Source: Geosiphon pyriformis uo1
Lineage: Eukaryota; Fungi; Glomeromycota
Reading direction: 5' to 3'
Assembly: GCA_016748015.1 (NCBI GenBank)
Contig: JAAOMT010000468.1
Span: 558,001 to 622,000 of the forward strand
Length of the DNA: 64,000 nt
The notes beneath the pieces are model-generated. The model had not been told where the DNA came from. It searched no databases and saw only the letters and a program-made list of their open reading frames with translations. The translations under genes were made by a program, and so were the position numbers. Positions 37,501-49,988 of this stretch are shown piece by piece (the stretch's first letter is position 1; each line of letters opens with the position of its first letter).

Positions 37501-39780
37501 CAAGAGCATCCTCCACCACCGATCCAATAGCAAACACAGGAGATTGAGTAGAAGTACTCTTCAGCACTGAGAAATTGTTACCACAGAGAACATTAAACTT
37601 GCTGCACACAAACAAAATCCTGTCTGAAAGAATTTTGGAGAGAATTTTTCTGGCTATTTTGATTAAGGCAATAGGGCAAGTATTTGTTAAAACTCTATTC
37701 CAATTATAAGGTTTCGGAATCATTGAGACCTAGGCTCTCTTTCACAAAGCAGGCACAGAACCAACAGACAGACACACATTCAACAACACCAAGAGGCATT
37801 CCATCACCTTCTCACCACCATGCTTCCAAAGTTTGTTAGTGATGTCAGACAACCCAGCAGCTTTATCATTAGCAACTCACTTAAACTAACAGCATCCATA
37901 ATACTGAAAAAAGCGTCATTTCTGACATAGGCCAAAGAGGCATATTAACAGACCCAAAGATCAGGCAGCACTAAAGACACTATCTGCTTCCTTATCCAAC
38001 CCTCCATAATCCTGTCAATTTTCAATTTCACCTCCTCAGGCTCCAAAACAAGCTCATTATCAACCACTAAATGATCCAACACTATCTTCTGAAATGGCTG
38101 ACCTAAAACACTCCTGATTATGCTGCTCTTGTCAGAGCAAAACTTTTCCATGTAATTCTCAATAGCCTTCCTGATAACAGTCTCTTGCACCAATTTCGAT
38201 TCATACATCTTGGATTTCCTGTACTCTCTTCTGATAACTAATAAAAACTTAAGAACATCGGCTCTTCCCTGACCAGAATCAATCATGTCTACCAACACAA
38301 AAGCCTTATCAGCATCCAATATAGACTATTTTCTCACCAGACGGTCAAAATCAGAGGTATCAGTTGAGCCAAATTTTTTGACAATTTTGACAATCAGCAA
38401 CTCCAAACCCAGAAATTTAGAAGATTATTTATTTTTTGAACAATGAAACTCACTAAACCAGTGTCAGAAAAATGTCACATTTGCAGAATCCATCAAAACC
38501 TTTTCCAACAGAGACCACATAACATCCAAATCACAATCAGCAGCAGTAGCATGAAAACTATCCATAACATCTAAAACTGCAGTAGAAGAGCAGTCTCTAA
38601 AATGAGACCATTTAGTTTCATCCATATCCTTGATATTAAACTTCCAACAATCCTTGTTAGCATGCTTATGCAAACTATTCAAATGAACATCCAAAAGCCC
38701 ACCCAATCTGATTGAAACCATAACAGCACTGTGATCAGTGTTGAAGAAGCCTAAGACAGAGCTCACCCCATGGCTAGCAACAGCAGAAGCTAAATTCTCA
38801 CTAACAAAAATGAAATCAATAGTTTTTTTAACCCTTCTAGAATTACCCCATGTAGAAGCTCCAACTAAAGGATGTCCAGTGAACAAATTGACCAAACCCA
38901 AACTTGAGCAGAACTTGAAGCTTGCACTCCTCCCAGATCCATTTTCATTGAAGTTTCCACCCAGAATGACAAAAGTGCTAGAGTTAGCAGCCTTAGCAAT
39001 GAGAGAGTTAACCACAGAAGCCTAACCAAAACAGACACCAGGAGAGGCACCAGCATACAAACCAACAACAGAAACCGAAAGCTTGTTTTTGAACAAAAGC
39101 TGCATCACAATGATCTGGCCAAGCACCTCCTCAATCTTAGAAACATGGCAAACCAAAGAATTGTTCATGATAATGACAACACCAGTGCCAAGAAAACCAA
39201 TCTCCAAACCAGAAATGAAGATACAAACACCATTATATTCACCCTTGATTCATGGACCAATAGAAGACTTCAACTTAGTCTCAGTAATAAAAGACACTAT
39301 ATTCCCAGAACTCACATGCCAGCAAACAATGTCTGCTTGTTTCGCAGGAACATTGATACTCCAAACATTGCACATAGCAAATTTCCAGACCAACTCAATC
39401 ATTGAGAGGGAGGAGGTACAACCGAACCTGAACCAGAACACAAGAGATCTAATTTCGCCAACACAAAACCAACTGACGCTTCCAAAGCTGACAACTTAGA
39501 TTCTAAACCACCAACTTTGGAGGTCAGAATCTTTGAACTACTTGGGCCAAGCTCAGCAACAGCGCCATCAAAAACCAGATGAGAAGAGTTGGAAGAGGGC
39601 AATGGAGTGTCCACAGCCATATTCAAACAAGAAATTGGAACATCAAATGCAGAAACCTCCAATGGAAAGACATGGAAAGAAGCTGCCAATGGCACCAATT
39701 CAACACCATTCAACCTCTTCAGAATGTTAGAGACTTGATCAGCCAAAAGCTCCAAAAAGTGTTCCAATACTGCCAAACGG
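34599..39780 (-). mobile_element. Second full-length LINE, 3' part (ORF1 end, ORF2, 3' UTR, polyA); interrupted by Gypsy-B
   Basis: Minus-strand APE (GGNFN, IDFIF, TDHSAV), RT (GLDQDEVFSSLLW, GAFVND), RNase H (YMDGS), CLLCGEVELPDHVFSC; polyT at 34599-34607. Confidence 0.93.
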
Positions 39781-40614
39781 TGTTACAGGTAATTATTTCT
39801 ACTGTTGATTAAATAACAAATCCATAACTTGGTGCTCAAAAGCTACTTCCATGGATGAGGTTCTGCAAGTGTTGTATCTGAAGGTTTTGATGAAGTCTTT
39901 TGTATAATGAACAGAGATTCAATAGTGTCAATAGTAGATGTATCTTTCCAAGAGTTTTCCCAATTTCTTTTTCAGCATGGTGGCCAAATTTAGTCTGGCA
40001 GTTGTGCCCTTCTGGTAAGCTATCCAATAATATATAAAATCCTACTCTTATTTATAGGTCTTTTACCAGGCTATCCTTGACATCAATAACTCAGTGCTTA
40101 ATCTTTTAATCAATTAGTATACAACAACAAAATCAAAAAAAAGAAAGAAAAGAAAATAAAGAAAATAAAAAATAAAGAAAATAGAGAAAATAAGCCAAGG
40201 CAATTTGATATGTTAGTATCTCATCAATAGCCATGATCAAGAGCTATTGTTCTAATGTAGTTAAGTATCAATTACTATCAACATGAAGTGTTGATAGTGG
40301 AGAGTGGATTGAGATATAAAATAATTATTTATTTGATGATTTTGTTTTTAGGCTAAAAATTCTGTGGTATTGATTCTGTCTTTTCTGTTTCTACCACTAC
40401 TGCTATATATACATATTTGAGATTTCCCAATTCCTCGATTTTTCATGATGGGAATCCTGGAATTCCTGGAATCCTGTGATTCCTTTGAGAGGAATTCTGG
40501 AATTCTGGAATTCTGCAATTCCTGAGAAGAATCCTGGAATTCCACATTTACTATACCTACTTCTGATTGGCTAATAATCATACTAATATATTTCCTATAT
40601 TTCTATGAGTAACA
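39781..40614 (-). repeat. Gypsy-B 3' LTR (834 bp) with 9-bp GGAATYCTG array; PPT at 40615-40630
   Basis: TGTTAC...GTAACA; minus-strand AAAAAGAGGGAATAA abuts the LTR. Confidence 0.95.
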
Positions 40615-40627
40615 TTATTCCCTCTTT

Positions 40628-41257
40628 TTAATATTGAGCTCCGTTAAAATCCAACTCATTTAATTCTCCCTCTTGAAGTATTTCCTGGATTTTGTTTTTG
40701 AGAATTACTTGTGTTATTTGGGTCTGTAATTCTTCAAATTGAGCATTAGTGATCTTTCCCAATTGATTACTGGTAACCATATCCATTGCTTTGTTGAGTA
40801 ATATTTCTGGTCTATCCTGAAATGCTGTGTGTATTCGGTATATGGCTCGGGCCTGTGTGGATAAGTTGTTCTTTCTCACAAAATGTTCTAATTGTTGTAG
40901 TATTCTTTTGTTGAATAATCACTTTGTTTTATCCATATATAGATTCTGGATATTTATGTGTTGTCCCAAATAAAAATAACAATAGTTTCGTGGAAATTGT
41001 TGTATCTACCAATTCCAAGTTTCTTTAGTCAACTCTTAATATAGTGACTTTTTTGTCAACTCTTTTATTGTTAATTTTACTTTCGCAATGATTTTGTCTA
41101 CCATATTTTCAGTTTTTTTCTGTGTTCTGGGTTGCAATGTCTTTCTAGTATTTTGATATTGAATGGTTTGTTGATTGATTGTAATCTCCATTTCCTGGTG
41201 TTGGATCAATTAAAAGAGTTGTTGTGCTAGTGAGTGAATGTTGTCTGTAATTTCCAT
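40628..41257 (-). pseudogene. Gypsy-B ORF3 (~209 codons, four in-frame stops), similar to Gypsy-A ORF3
   Basis: Reads MEITDNIHSLAQQLF*LIQ...MEITINQQTIQYQN...MVDK...YFYLGQHI...ARAIYRIHTAF...LGKITNAQFEEL in one frame. The stops (TAA, TAA, TAG, TGA) are explicable as C>T of CAA/CAG/CGA. Confidence 0.68.
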
Positions 41258-41309
41258 TTTTCTGATATTTCCTGTTATGTTAACTATGTTCTTATATATT
41301 CTTTTGTCA

Positions 41310-44184
41310 ATCAATTGGATGTGTTGTTGTCAATGATAATGATTGGTTCCAGATTTCGTGAAATCTCATTTGGTTGGACTAGTATTCTCTATACTCCTAA
41401 TTGTGGAATATTACTGGTGAATGATAATGCTATATGGTGGTACGGTTTCAGTTGATCTCTATGTGCTGCTTTGGTCAAGATTTTGTCATTCAATTTTAAT
41501 TTATAAGCTTCATTTTCTAGAATTTCTTCTATGTGAAATGGTCCATTTCATTTAGGGTCAAATTTTCCATTCCATTGTTTTTCCGCTTTGGTACAATGTA
41601 GTAGTACTTTGTCTCCAATCCTGAATTCAACTGGTTTATCTGGTAGTTGGTTATTATGTCTTTCTTTTTGTTTCTCTTGTAACTTTTGTATGTTATCAGC
41701 TGCTCTTTGTCATTTGTTTTCTAATGTTTCCATTAAGTCATATGTTCTTCTCAACAATGTATTTTTGAAATTCTCTTCTGTTATTGGTTCAGTTGGGTAT
41801 GTGCTGACTTCTATTTCCACTGATAGTGTTGCTGTTCTACCATATACTAATTCAAATGGTGTTGCTTGTGTAGTATCTTGTTTTATTGTCTAATAAGCAA
41901 ATAATACTGATGGTATCAACAAATCCCAATTGTTCTGGTTTTCTTGGCTGAGTTTAGCTATTGCTTTACACAATGTTCTGTTGAATTTTTCGACTAATCC
42001 ATTGGTTTGTGGATAATATGGTGATGATAGTGGTCTCTTAATTCCGAATCTTTGGCTCAATTCTGTTAATGTTTTGTTCACAAAATGAGTTCCTTGGTCT
42101 GATAATAATTCTTTTGGACATTCATGTCGACAGATCAAATCCTGATGAATAAATTCAGCAACAGATTCTGCATCCGCTTTTTGAATTGCTTTCGCCTCTG
42201 GCCATTTAGTGAGATAGTCCATGGCTACTGCTATATACCTGTTTCCTCCACTGGTGATTGTTAATGGTCCGACTAAATCAATTCCAACATGGTTGAATGG
42301 TTGTCCTACTTTGATTGGCCTTAATGGTTCACTGGGTTTTGTACCTCCTCTTTGCTGACAAGCATCACAATTTTGAACATATTGGATGATGTCTGGATAT
42401 ATTGATGGCCAATAGTATCTTTTTCTGGTTCTTTCTATGGTTGCTTCTTTGTGAAAATGTCCTGCTGTTGGATTTGAGTGCATGTTGAATAATATTGTCT
42501 TTTTTTCTGGTTCTGTAACTATTCTGGTTGGTTGCTCTGAATTTATTTTTATTTTTCCAATAAAGTATATTTTGGTGAGTGATAAAATATTTTAATTGTT
42601 GTTTGATATTCTTTTGTTCCGTTTGAGATAAATTCTCCTTGAACTGTTGAGTGTTTATATAATGTTAAAGTTGTTGATATTTTTGTATATTCATCTTTTG
42701 TTATATTTTTCGTTGGTATTGTTCTGGTTTTATTATATTTTTGTGTTAAAATGTTCTTAGATTTGTCTTATTTGCGACAAACTATCAGCATTTCCATTGT
42801 CTTTTCCTTTTTTGTAATATATAGTATAATTGTATGGTGCAAGTGCCATTTTCTATCTTGACTGTCTTCCATCCCCAAATTCTTGTTTTTGGAGTGATGT
42901 TAGTCCCTTGTAGTCTGTGTATACTTCAAACTTCTGGCTCAAGTATTCTTTTCATTTCATGACTGTCCAGTATATTGCTAAGTGTTCTTGTTCCAGTGTT
43001 CCATAGTTCTTTTTGGCTGGTATTAAACCTCTGCTGGCATATGCTACTGAATGTTCTCTGCTGTCTGGTCTTCTCTGAGATAATACTGCTCCCAATGCTT
43101 GGCCAGATGCATCAGTGGTGATGATGAATGGTTTGCTGTAATCTGGATAAATCAGTACTGGAGCTTGAATGAGCTTTCTTTTCAAAATATCAAAAGCTTC
43201 TTGTTGACTTTCTGCTCATTCATATTTGGTATTCTTGGTTTGCAGATTATTAAGCAGTTAAGCTATCTTTGAAAAGTTCTTTATAAAGCGTCAATAATAG
43301 CTCACGAATCCCAAGAATGATTTCAATTCAGTCACATTGGTTGGTACTAGAAAGTTTTTTACTATCTCTATTTTCTTTGGATCCATTTTGATGCCGTCTT
43401 TGCTTACTATGTGTCCCAAGAATTTTAGCTCTGTCTTGCTAAAGAAGCACTTTGTTGCATTTAACTTTAGCCCTGTTCTTCTTAGTCTTTTAAACACTTG
43501 TTGAAGATGATGAAGATGATCATTAAATGTTTTTGAGAATACGTTGGTGTCATCCAAGTATACAACTACTGATTTCTACAATAAGCCAGTATAGACAATT
43601 TCCATTAGCCGTTGGAAAGTGGCTGGTGCGTTGGTTAAACCAAATGGCATTACTTCAAATTCGAAATTCCCTTCTCTCATGGTAAATGCCATCTTCTCTT
43701 TGTTGGCTGGATCCATGGCCACTTGTCAGTAACCACTATCTAAGTCTAATATTGAGAACCATTTGTTTCTGCCAAAAGCATCAAATAATTCCTGTATCCA
43801 TAAAGTTGGATAACTGTCTCCACAAGTTACACCATTAAGTTTTCTGTAATCCACACAAAATTGGATCTTTTTATTCTTCTTACAGATGAGTACTACTGGT
43901 GATAACTATGGGCTCATTAATGGCTGAATTAGCCTATTGTCAAGCATTTGGTTTATCTCTTGTCAAATAATCTCATGGCTGGCTGGTGGTACTCTGTATG
44001 CTCTTCGTTTAATTGGCATTGCATCTTCAGTCTTGATCTGATGCTGGATGATGTCAGTTCGGCCAAACTCATTTTCACTGGCAAAAATGTCATTGAACTG
44101 GTTGAGCAACATCTTAAGTTGTATATGTTGGAGTGGATCTAAGTTTTCCATGTTCATTTGTTCCAATTGTTTTGGTTGGAGCAA
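41310..44184 (-). pseudogene. Gypsy-B RT, RNase H, integrase
   Basis: FCVDYRKLN, MPFGLTNAPATFQ, VYLDD; TTDASG, AYASR; H..GH..CDAC, VGIDL, LSDQG, NGLVEKFN, NGPF. Confidence 0.93.
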
Positions 44185-44589
44185 ATAACATTCACTTCAT
44201 CTGTATATTGTTTGTGATATGATATCGACATATCCACAAAGTTGTGAAAAGTCTGGAATGGGGTTTGGTGGTTGATCCTTTATTTTAGTATTTAAGTATC
44301 CAATAATGGTTCTGGCTGGTATTTCTATGACATTTTTTGTATTGTTGTAGATGAGAATTTTGATGTGGCTGTAATCTTTGGCTGGTATGTGAAGATTGAT
44401 AAATCCAACTTCTCCTGATTCACAAAGACTGGCTTCTGCTTCAAAAATTTGTGCTTGGTCTTTTTCCTTCCTTTCTATTGCTAGCATGTACTGGTTATAT
44501 GGTGAAATGGAAATAGCTTGACCAGTTGAGATAATTTCTCTTTGGCCAACAATTTTTTCCTCCACCATATTAACTGGTACATCTATTCT

Positions 44590-44982
44590 GCCCGTTGATC
44601 CGAATCCCTGTATTCCTCTCGCTGTTATTCCTAATTCCTTCCTCTTTCCCACTGATACTAACTGAGCTACTCTAACCAGAGGCAGGAATATTGCCTGTGC
44701 TATCTTTTTGTTGGGCTCTATTATATAGGCCTTTTCTGAGTCATTTTGTAGCATAGCAATGATATTTCCTACATATCTTATGTCAATTATTCCTCCTCTT
44801 ATATTAATCCCTCTTTTCGCTAAACTACTCCTAAATGCTAATTGAACTATTGTTGTTGCCAAGATTTCTAGGGCTACTTTCAGATCAATGTGGGTGCATG
44901 AATGTGGTTCCAATTTGATAGATTCTTTTCCTGGATACCTTAGATCAAATCTTGCATCAGTATCATGTGCACATTCTGGCAT
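44590..44982 (-). pseudogene. Trimeric-type dUTPase domain in the Gypsy-B polyprotein between protease and RT
   Basis: All five motifs in order: DARFDL, RSSLAKRGI, GGIIDIRYVGNI, KIAQAIF, RGIQGFGSTG. Confidence 0.92.
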
Positions 44983-45223
44983 AATATCTTCTCCATTGTC
45001 ACTATACTATTTTAACTCTTGTTCCTTGGAAAGATCTGGTAGTGCAATGTATTGTTTATAGTTTAAATTGGAGTTTGAATTTGAGTTTGAATTGTCTTTA
45101 TTGTCATTGCCATTTTGAATGGAGCTGGAACCAGTGTTTTCATCGTTGTTATCAGAATCTGGATCACAATTGATCAGTGATTCTGATTCCGCTGCTGATT
45201 GGTTTTTTTTCTTCAGGAATCGT

Positions 45224-46216
45224 TGTTACTGGAGGTTTTTGGTCTCTTTTCTTAAATGTTAATAATATTAATTTGTTGTGAATTTACATTTTCAGGAAGT
45301 AGTTGAACCTCCAATAACTGAATTTATCTTCAAATTATCTCCTATAATTTGAACTGCTGGGCTTATAAGTAGAATAGCCAATTCCTTGCCAGTTACTTTA
45401 TGTAGTTACATTGTAGTAAACGTCAACTCTTTCCTAAGAATTGCTCGTCTGGAAGCTCACTAAAAATGTGTAGTTACTTTGCTGTAAAAGTCAACTCTTC
45501 TACAGGAATCTTGTCTGTAGGCTACCCTAATGATTATAATAAGAAAAATAAAAGAAAATAAAAAAAATGTAAAAGAAATAGAATTTTGTCAAAAGAAACG
45601 TTTTCTATCCAGGCCTGGAGTCACTAACAGTTTACTGAAATTGGTAGCTAATCAATTTCGAAATGTTAGTTGGTTTTTGGGGATTTTCTAAGGGCAATAA
45701 TTAAAGAATTTGGTTTTTCAAATTATTTGGTATTTATTTCTTTTTGTGTGTGTAGAAATGGTTTTAAGTAATAAATCTAAAGTAAGATATATTTTCCAGA
45801 AGAAAAAAAGCTCTTCTTTTATACAACTTGTTGTAGTACTAGTTTATGAACTTGCACTTTTTCTCTTTGCCCAAATTCCAGCAAACTAAAGATACATTTT
45901 GATAAACTACAAGTTATTTCGCTGAACTATTGATTAATTTGGGTGAACTATTCATAATTTTGGCGAATTTCTGTAAATTTTGGCAAATTTCTTATAAATT
46001 TTGGCAAATTTTTGAATGTTACAAAGTTCAGAGTATTGTGTAATTTGATCATCTTACTTTTTGTTATACTAATTAGATTATTTTACTTGAATCGTGATAT
46101 GTGATAATTGATTAAATAATAAATGATAATTTGAAATAATATTAATATACTAATGAATTATAGAAATTATAAGGGTAATTTCATGTTAATTAATAGCTAA
46201 AATTCTACTGGTAACA
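45224..46216 (-). mobile_element. Solo LTR, family C (993 bp), inserted in Gypsy-B pol
   Basis: TGTTAC...GTAACA; perfect TSD TCGT (45220-45223, 46217-46220). Confidence 0.93.
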
Positions 46217-46220
46217 TCGT

Positions 46221-49200
46221 GTAGATTATGTGTGGTGGTGGATTGTAAATGAGATTACAATCATCACAATATTCAAAGTCACTGGGAATTAAACAATGGC
46301 GACACAGTCTTGTATTTAACTATGCTAGCCATTGTTCTTGCTCTTCTCTAGTGGATGCCAAGTTTTGGTAGTGTTCATGGAACTCTTCTGGTTCCAGAAA
46401 ATTTATGACTGGTTCTGCATCCCAGTCAAGCTTGATGAATTCTGGTGGGTTGTTTTTAATTGTCCTGATTTCTTCTGGTAACGCGCCTTCAATTTTGGTA
46501 ATTGCCATCCACTATAATTCATTATCATCGTGTGGACAACTGTTTAATCGCTGTACAGCTCTTCTCCAGGTGGCTTCTATGAATGTTCCTTTCTTGACCC
46601 AGTTGCTAATGAGGATTGTGTATTGGCAGGATGTGTTGCACATTTCTTTTCTCCCCAGAATGTCATTCCACATTTCTTCATTGAAGAGAGTTTCTCCACA
46701 GACTATACATGGTGTATTATCTCATTTTCCCACTCATTTTGGTCTTCTAAAACGTTTAACACAGCATGCATGGCAATAGAACTTGGTTGCTGTCTGATAT
46801 TCTTCATCGTTACCACAGCATGCGCCCATTGACAACAATTTCTTGCCGCAATCAACGCATATCAGTTTGGGTCAGCGATAGATCAATGATTGTTGTTGAC
46901 CATAGGTGTATAAAATATAAGTGTTGTTGGCTTGAGTGTTTTTTTCCTTCTTCTCTTTCCTTTTTCTCTTTTCTTCTTTTTACTCCCAACTTGATAATTC
47001 TTCCTGTTCATTGTCAATCCATGTCAAATTGTTTGTTTCCCAGGTCAGTTCCTTTTTTTGCTTTCTCTTAGGGTTGTCGTTCCACGAGAGTATTGGTGGT
47101 AGTTTGTTGTGGTTGGCATTGGCCCAGAAAATTTGGTAAGCTTCTCAGGTAGGTTTCTCTTTTTTCTCCTCCAGTTTGATCAATAGTTTCTCTCTTGGAG
47201 GAGTCTTGAAATGGCCATACGTGGCCGGTACACATATGTGTTGGTCCTAATATATTAGCTGGAGTTCCTGGGTGTTCCAGTTTAATGTCATGTTAACTTT
47301 GGATAGCCAGTTATTACCAACAAGAGCTTGGTATTAAGTGGCTTCCATCACTAAAACTTAAATGGAAGTCACAATGTCATTGACTTCGAAAGAGAAGTCA
47401 TCGATTTCGCTGATTGGAGTTTTGGTCACTCCATTGGCTGTGATGATTCTGGTGTTGGCAGCTCAATCAACTCGGTGACCTAATTGATCCATGAGTTGTC
47501 GTGTGATGATGCTGCCTGCTGAACCACTGTTAAGGATCAATTTGATGGATTGTTTTTCGACTTTGGCATTAGTGTACATTGTGATGATTGGTTTGGTTTC
47601 AAGAGCAGCTCCACTAAATAATAGCATTGCAGTTGTTTCCTTAAATTTGAATGGGAATATAGCAGCCAAAGACTTGTCTTCGGTAATAGTAGCAGATGAG
47701 ATATTACTGGTGAGTGGTTGTTTTTGGGCAAATGCTAAGTTATTGGTTGAGATGTCTTTTGAGGTGACCAGGAGACTTAAATAGTTCTGGGAATTTGGGT
47801 TTTGGAGTTGACCAGTACCCAAATTCTGCTGGCATAATCCAGATGGTTGCTGTAAAGAACTGGGGATTGGTTAATAGACTACCATCGTCAATCTCCAGCT
47901 CTGTTGAGTTATTCTCAGTTTTTGGGTTCCGTTGGGTGGTAAGCTTTGGGGTGGTGTTTGGATTTGTTGAGGCTGATAGATTATTTGTGGCTCCGGTTGT
48001 TGATAAATTACTTGTGACTGCAGTTAATAGATTGGAGCTTGATACACCAGAGATTGATAGACTGATGACTGCATTACTGATAGATAAGTGGGTTGGTTTT
48101 GATTTGGGTATTGATTCGGAGTTTGGAACTGGTGATTGGAGTTTTGATATTGATTTCCCGATCATTGGTTATTTAAACGCTGATGACAGTCAATTTGGAT
48201 ATGTTTTTGTTTACCACAATAGTGGCAGATGTGCATTTCCTGTTGCCACTGTTGATTGGTTGATGAAGATGGACGTGGTTGATTTTGGGCATGATTAGAG
48301 TTTCCTTGATTATTGCATTGTTGTGGAGGCTGATAAATGGCATGATTGTCAGCTAAGTATCCTTCCAGTCTCTTATTAATTGATTCACTGAACTTCTCCA
48401 ATTTGGAATCCAATTCAGATGATCCGTTCATTACTAGATTAACAGCTTGGGTGTGGTTAGCCTCTGACTCAGTGGATTCAAAATCTCTGGCGTGTGTGAC
48501 TGCATCTTGAAGGATGCCTGAATGCAATAAACATATATGTTGCAAGATGCTGCTGCGCAGGCCATGAATAAACTGGTTGAGTATCTGTAGGGCTGTGAAA
48601 TAGTTGGCATCAATTGCTTGAATTTGGTGCAGGTTTTGATGGAAGCGTCCCAGGTAAGTGGTGACCACTTTAGTTTCTCCTTGTTTCATGGTGGTAAATG
48701 TATTGACTAGGCGATTGATGCTGTTATTGTTGCTGAAGTATCTTAGGAATTCCGCTTTAAAGGCATTGAAATCTTGTGATTTATTAACCAAGCTCTGATA
48801 CCATAAATTGGCGGTATCCTTGAGAAAGTAAGGAATGGCTTGTATTGCTCAGACATCATTCCATTCATTGGCTGTGATGGCCTTTTCAACATTATTCAGC
48901 CATACTTAAGTGTCATTCTCTTTGCCAGTAAAGTTGTCAAGTTTTGCGATTGGTGCGTAGGCCATTGGATCTAAGTTAGGGGGTTGTGGTGGCTGTTGAA
49001 GCAGTTGTTGTTGTACTGGTTGTTGGGGTGGTAGTTGAAGTGACTGTTGTATGAGTTCGGCTATGGGATTAATTGGCAGTTGATTGATGACAATTGCCAA
49101 AGATAAGTTTTGCTGATTAATTAATTCGGAGTTTGGATTGTTCTGCCTTTGATAATTCAGAGTTTCGATTTCCGAATTTTCTAGATTTAGATTTTACTGA

Positions 49201-49946
49201 GTTTGAAAATTTGGGGTTTTAACTTCCGGGTTTTTAGTGATTGGGTGCTGGTAAGTAAATTCTTGATCCTCTGATTCTTCTTCCTCTTTTTTTGATTCTG
49301 CTGCTTCCCATGGATCAGAGATTCCAAAATCTGGTGGAGGTGGTGGTGATCAAAGTCCTGATGGGATTGATGATCATAAATTAAATCCCTCAAAGTATTC
49401 ACTGTATGGTCCTAATAATTCTGTTTTCTTTTGTTTATTTTGGAATAAGAATCATCCAAATGCTGATGTCATAGTTGATGGGAACACGTCTGTTAATGAT
49501 ATGTTGATGGTGCTTCCAGGTATATAGTGGTAGGATGGGTTGCTTGGAGATTCAATTCTGTTTTTCTTCCAAGTAGGTGGCTGTATTTTTCTGGGTGTTA
49601 CTGCTGGTGTTTGTAGTTTTTCCTTGCTTTTACTAGTGTATGTAATTAGATATCTTTGTTGAGTGTGGTGTTCAATTTCTTTGTTGATCTCAGTAATAAT
49701 GGATGCAAAATTATGATTTGTTGGCAGGTTGGTGTTTTGAATTAACTCCTTATAGAAAGTTTCTCTTGCTGATTTGATATTCACTGGTGTTCCTAATAAA
49801 GAAGAAATCTTTTTGTTGATGTAAAAATTGAAGACTGATTTGGTAGATATATGATTGTGGTTTAATTCCAAGTATTGACAATAGTGTTGAAATAAAGATT
49901 TTGCAAATCTTAAATGGTTTGCTTCTATATTTTCTGATTCTGCCAC
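46221..49946 (-). pseudogene. Gypsy-B gag, protease and Cys-rich domain, with multiple stops
   Basis: MAYAPIAKLDNFTG, MKQGETKVVTTY, CHYCGKQKHIQIDC; protease LILNSGSAGSII (D>N), LVGN; CxxC cluster at 46255-46860. Confidence 0.88.
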
Positions 49947-49988
49947 TTTTGGATGGTGTTTGTTGGTGCTGGTTCTCTGTAGGATTAG

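Noticed and set aside
40348-40581. 77-aa ORF with QEFQNSRIP-like repeats
   Set aside because: It translates the 9-bp array inside the LTR.
44590-44982. dUTPase as a counter-defence against the C>T hypermutation
   Set aside because: dUTPase removes dUTP from the nucleotide pool and cannot prevent deamination of C or 5mC in DNA; the dUTPase-bearing element is itself heavily mutated.
47740-48298. S/T-rich ORF (minus) and antisense ORF (plus) in Gypsy-B
   Set aside because: Alternative frames of the low-complexity Q/P-rich gag-PR linker.
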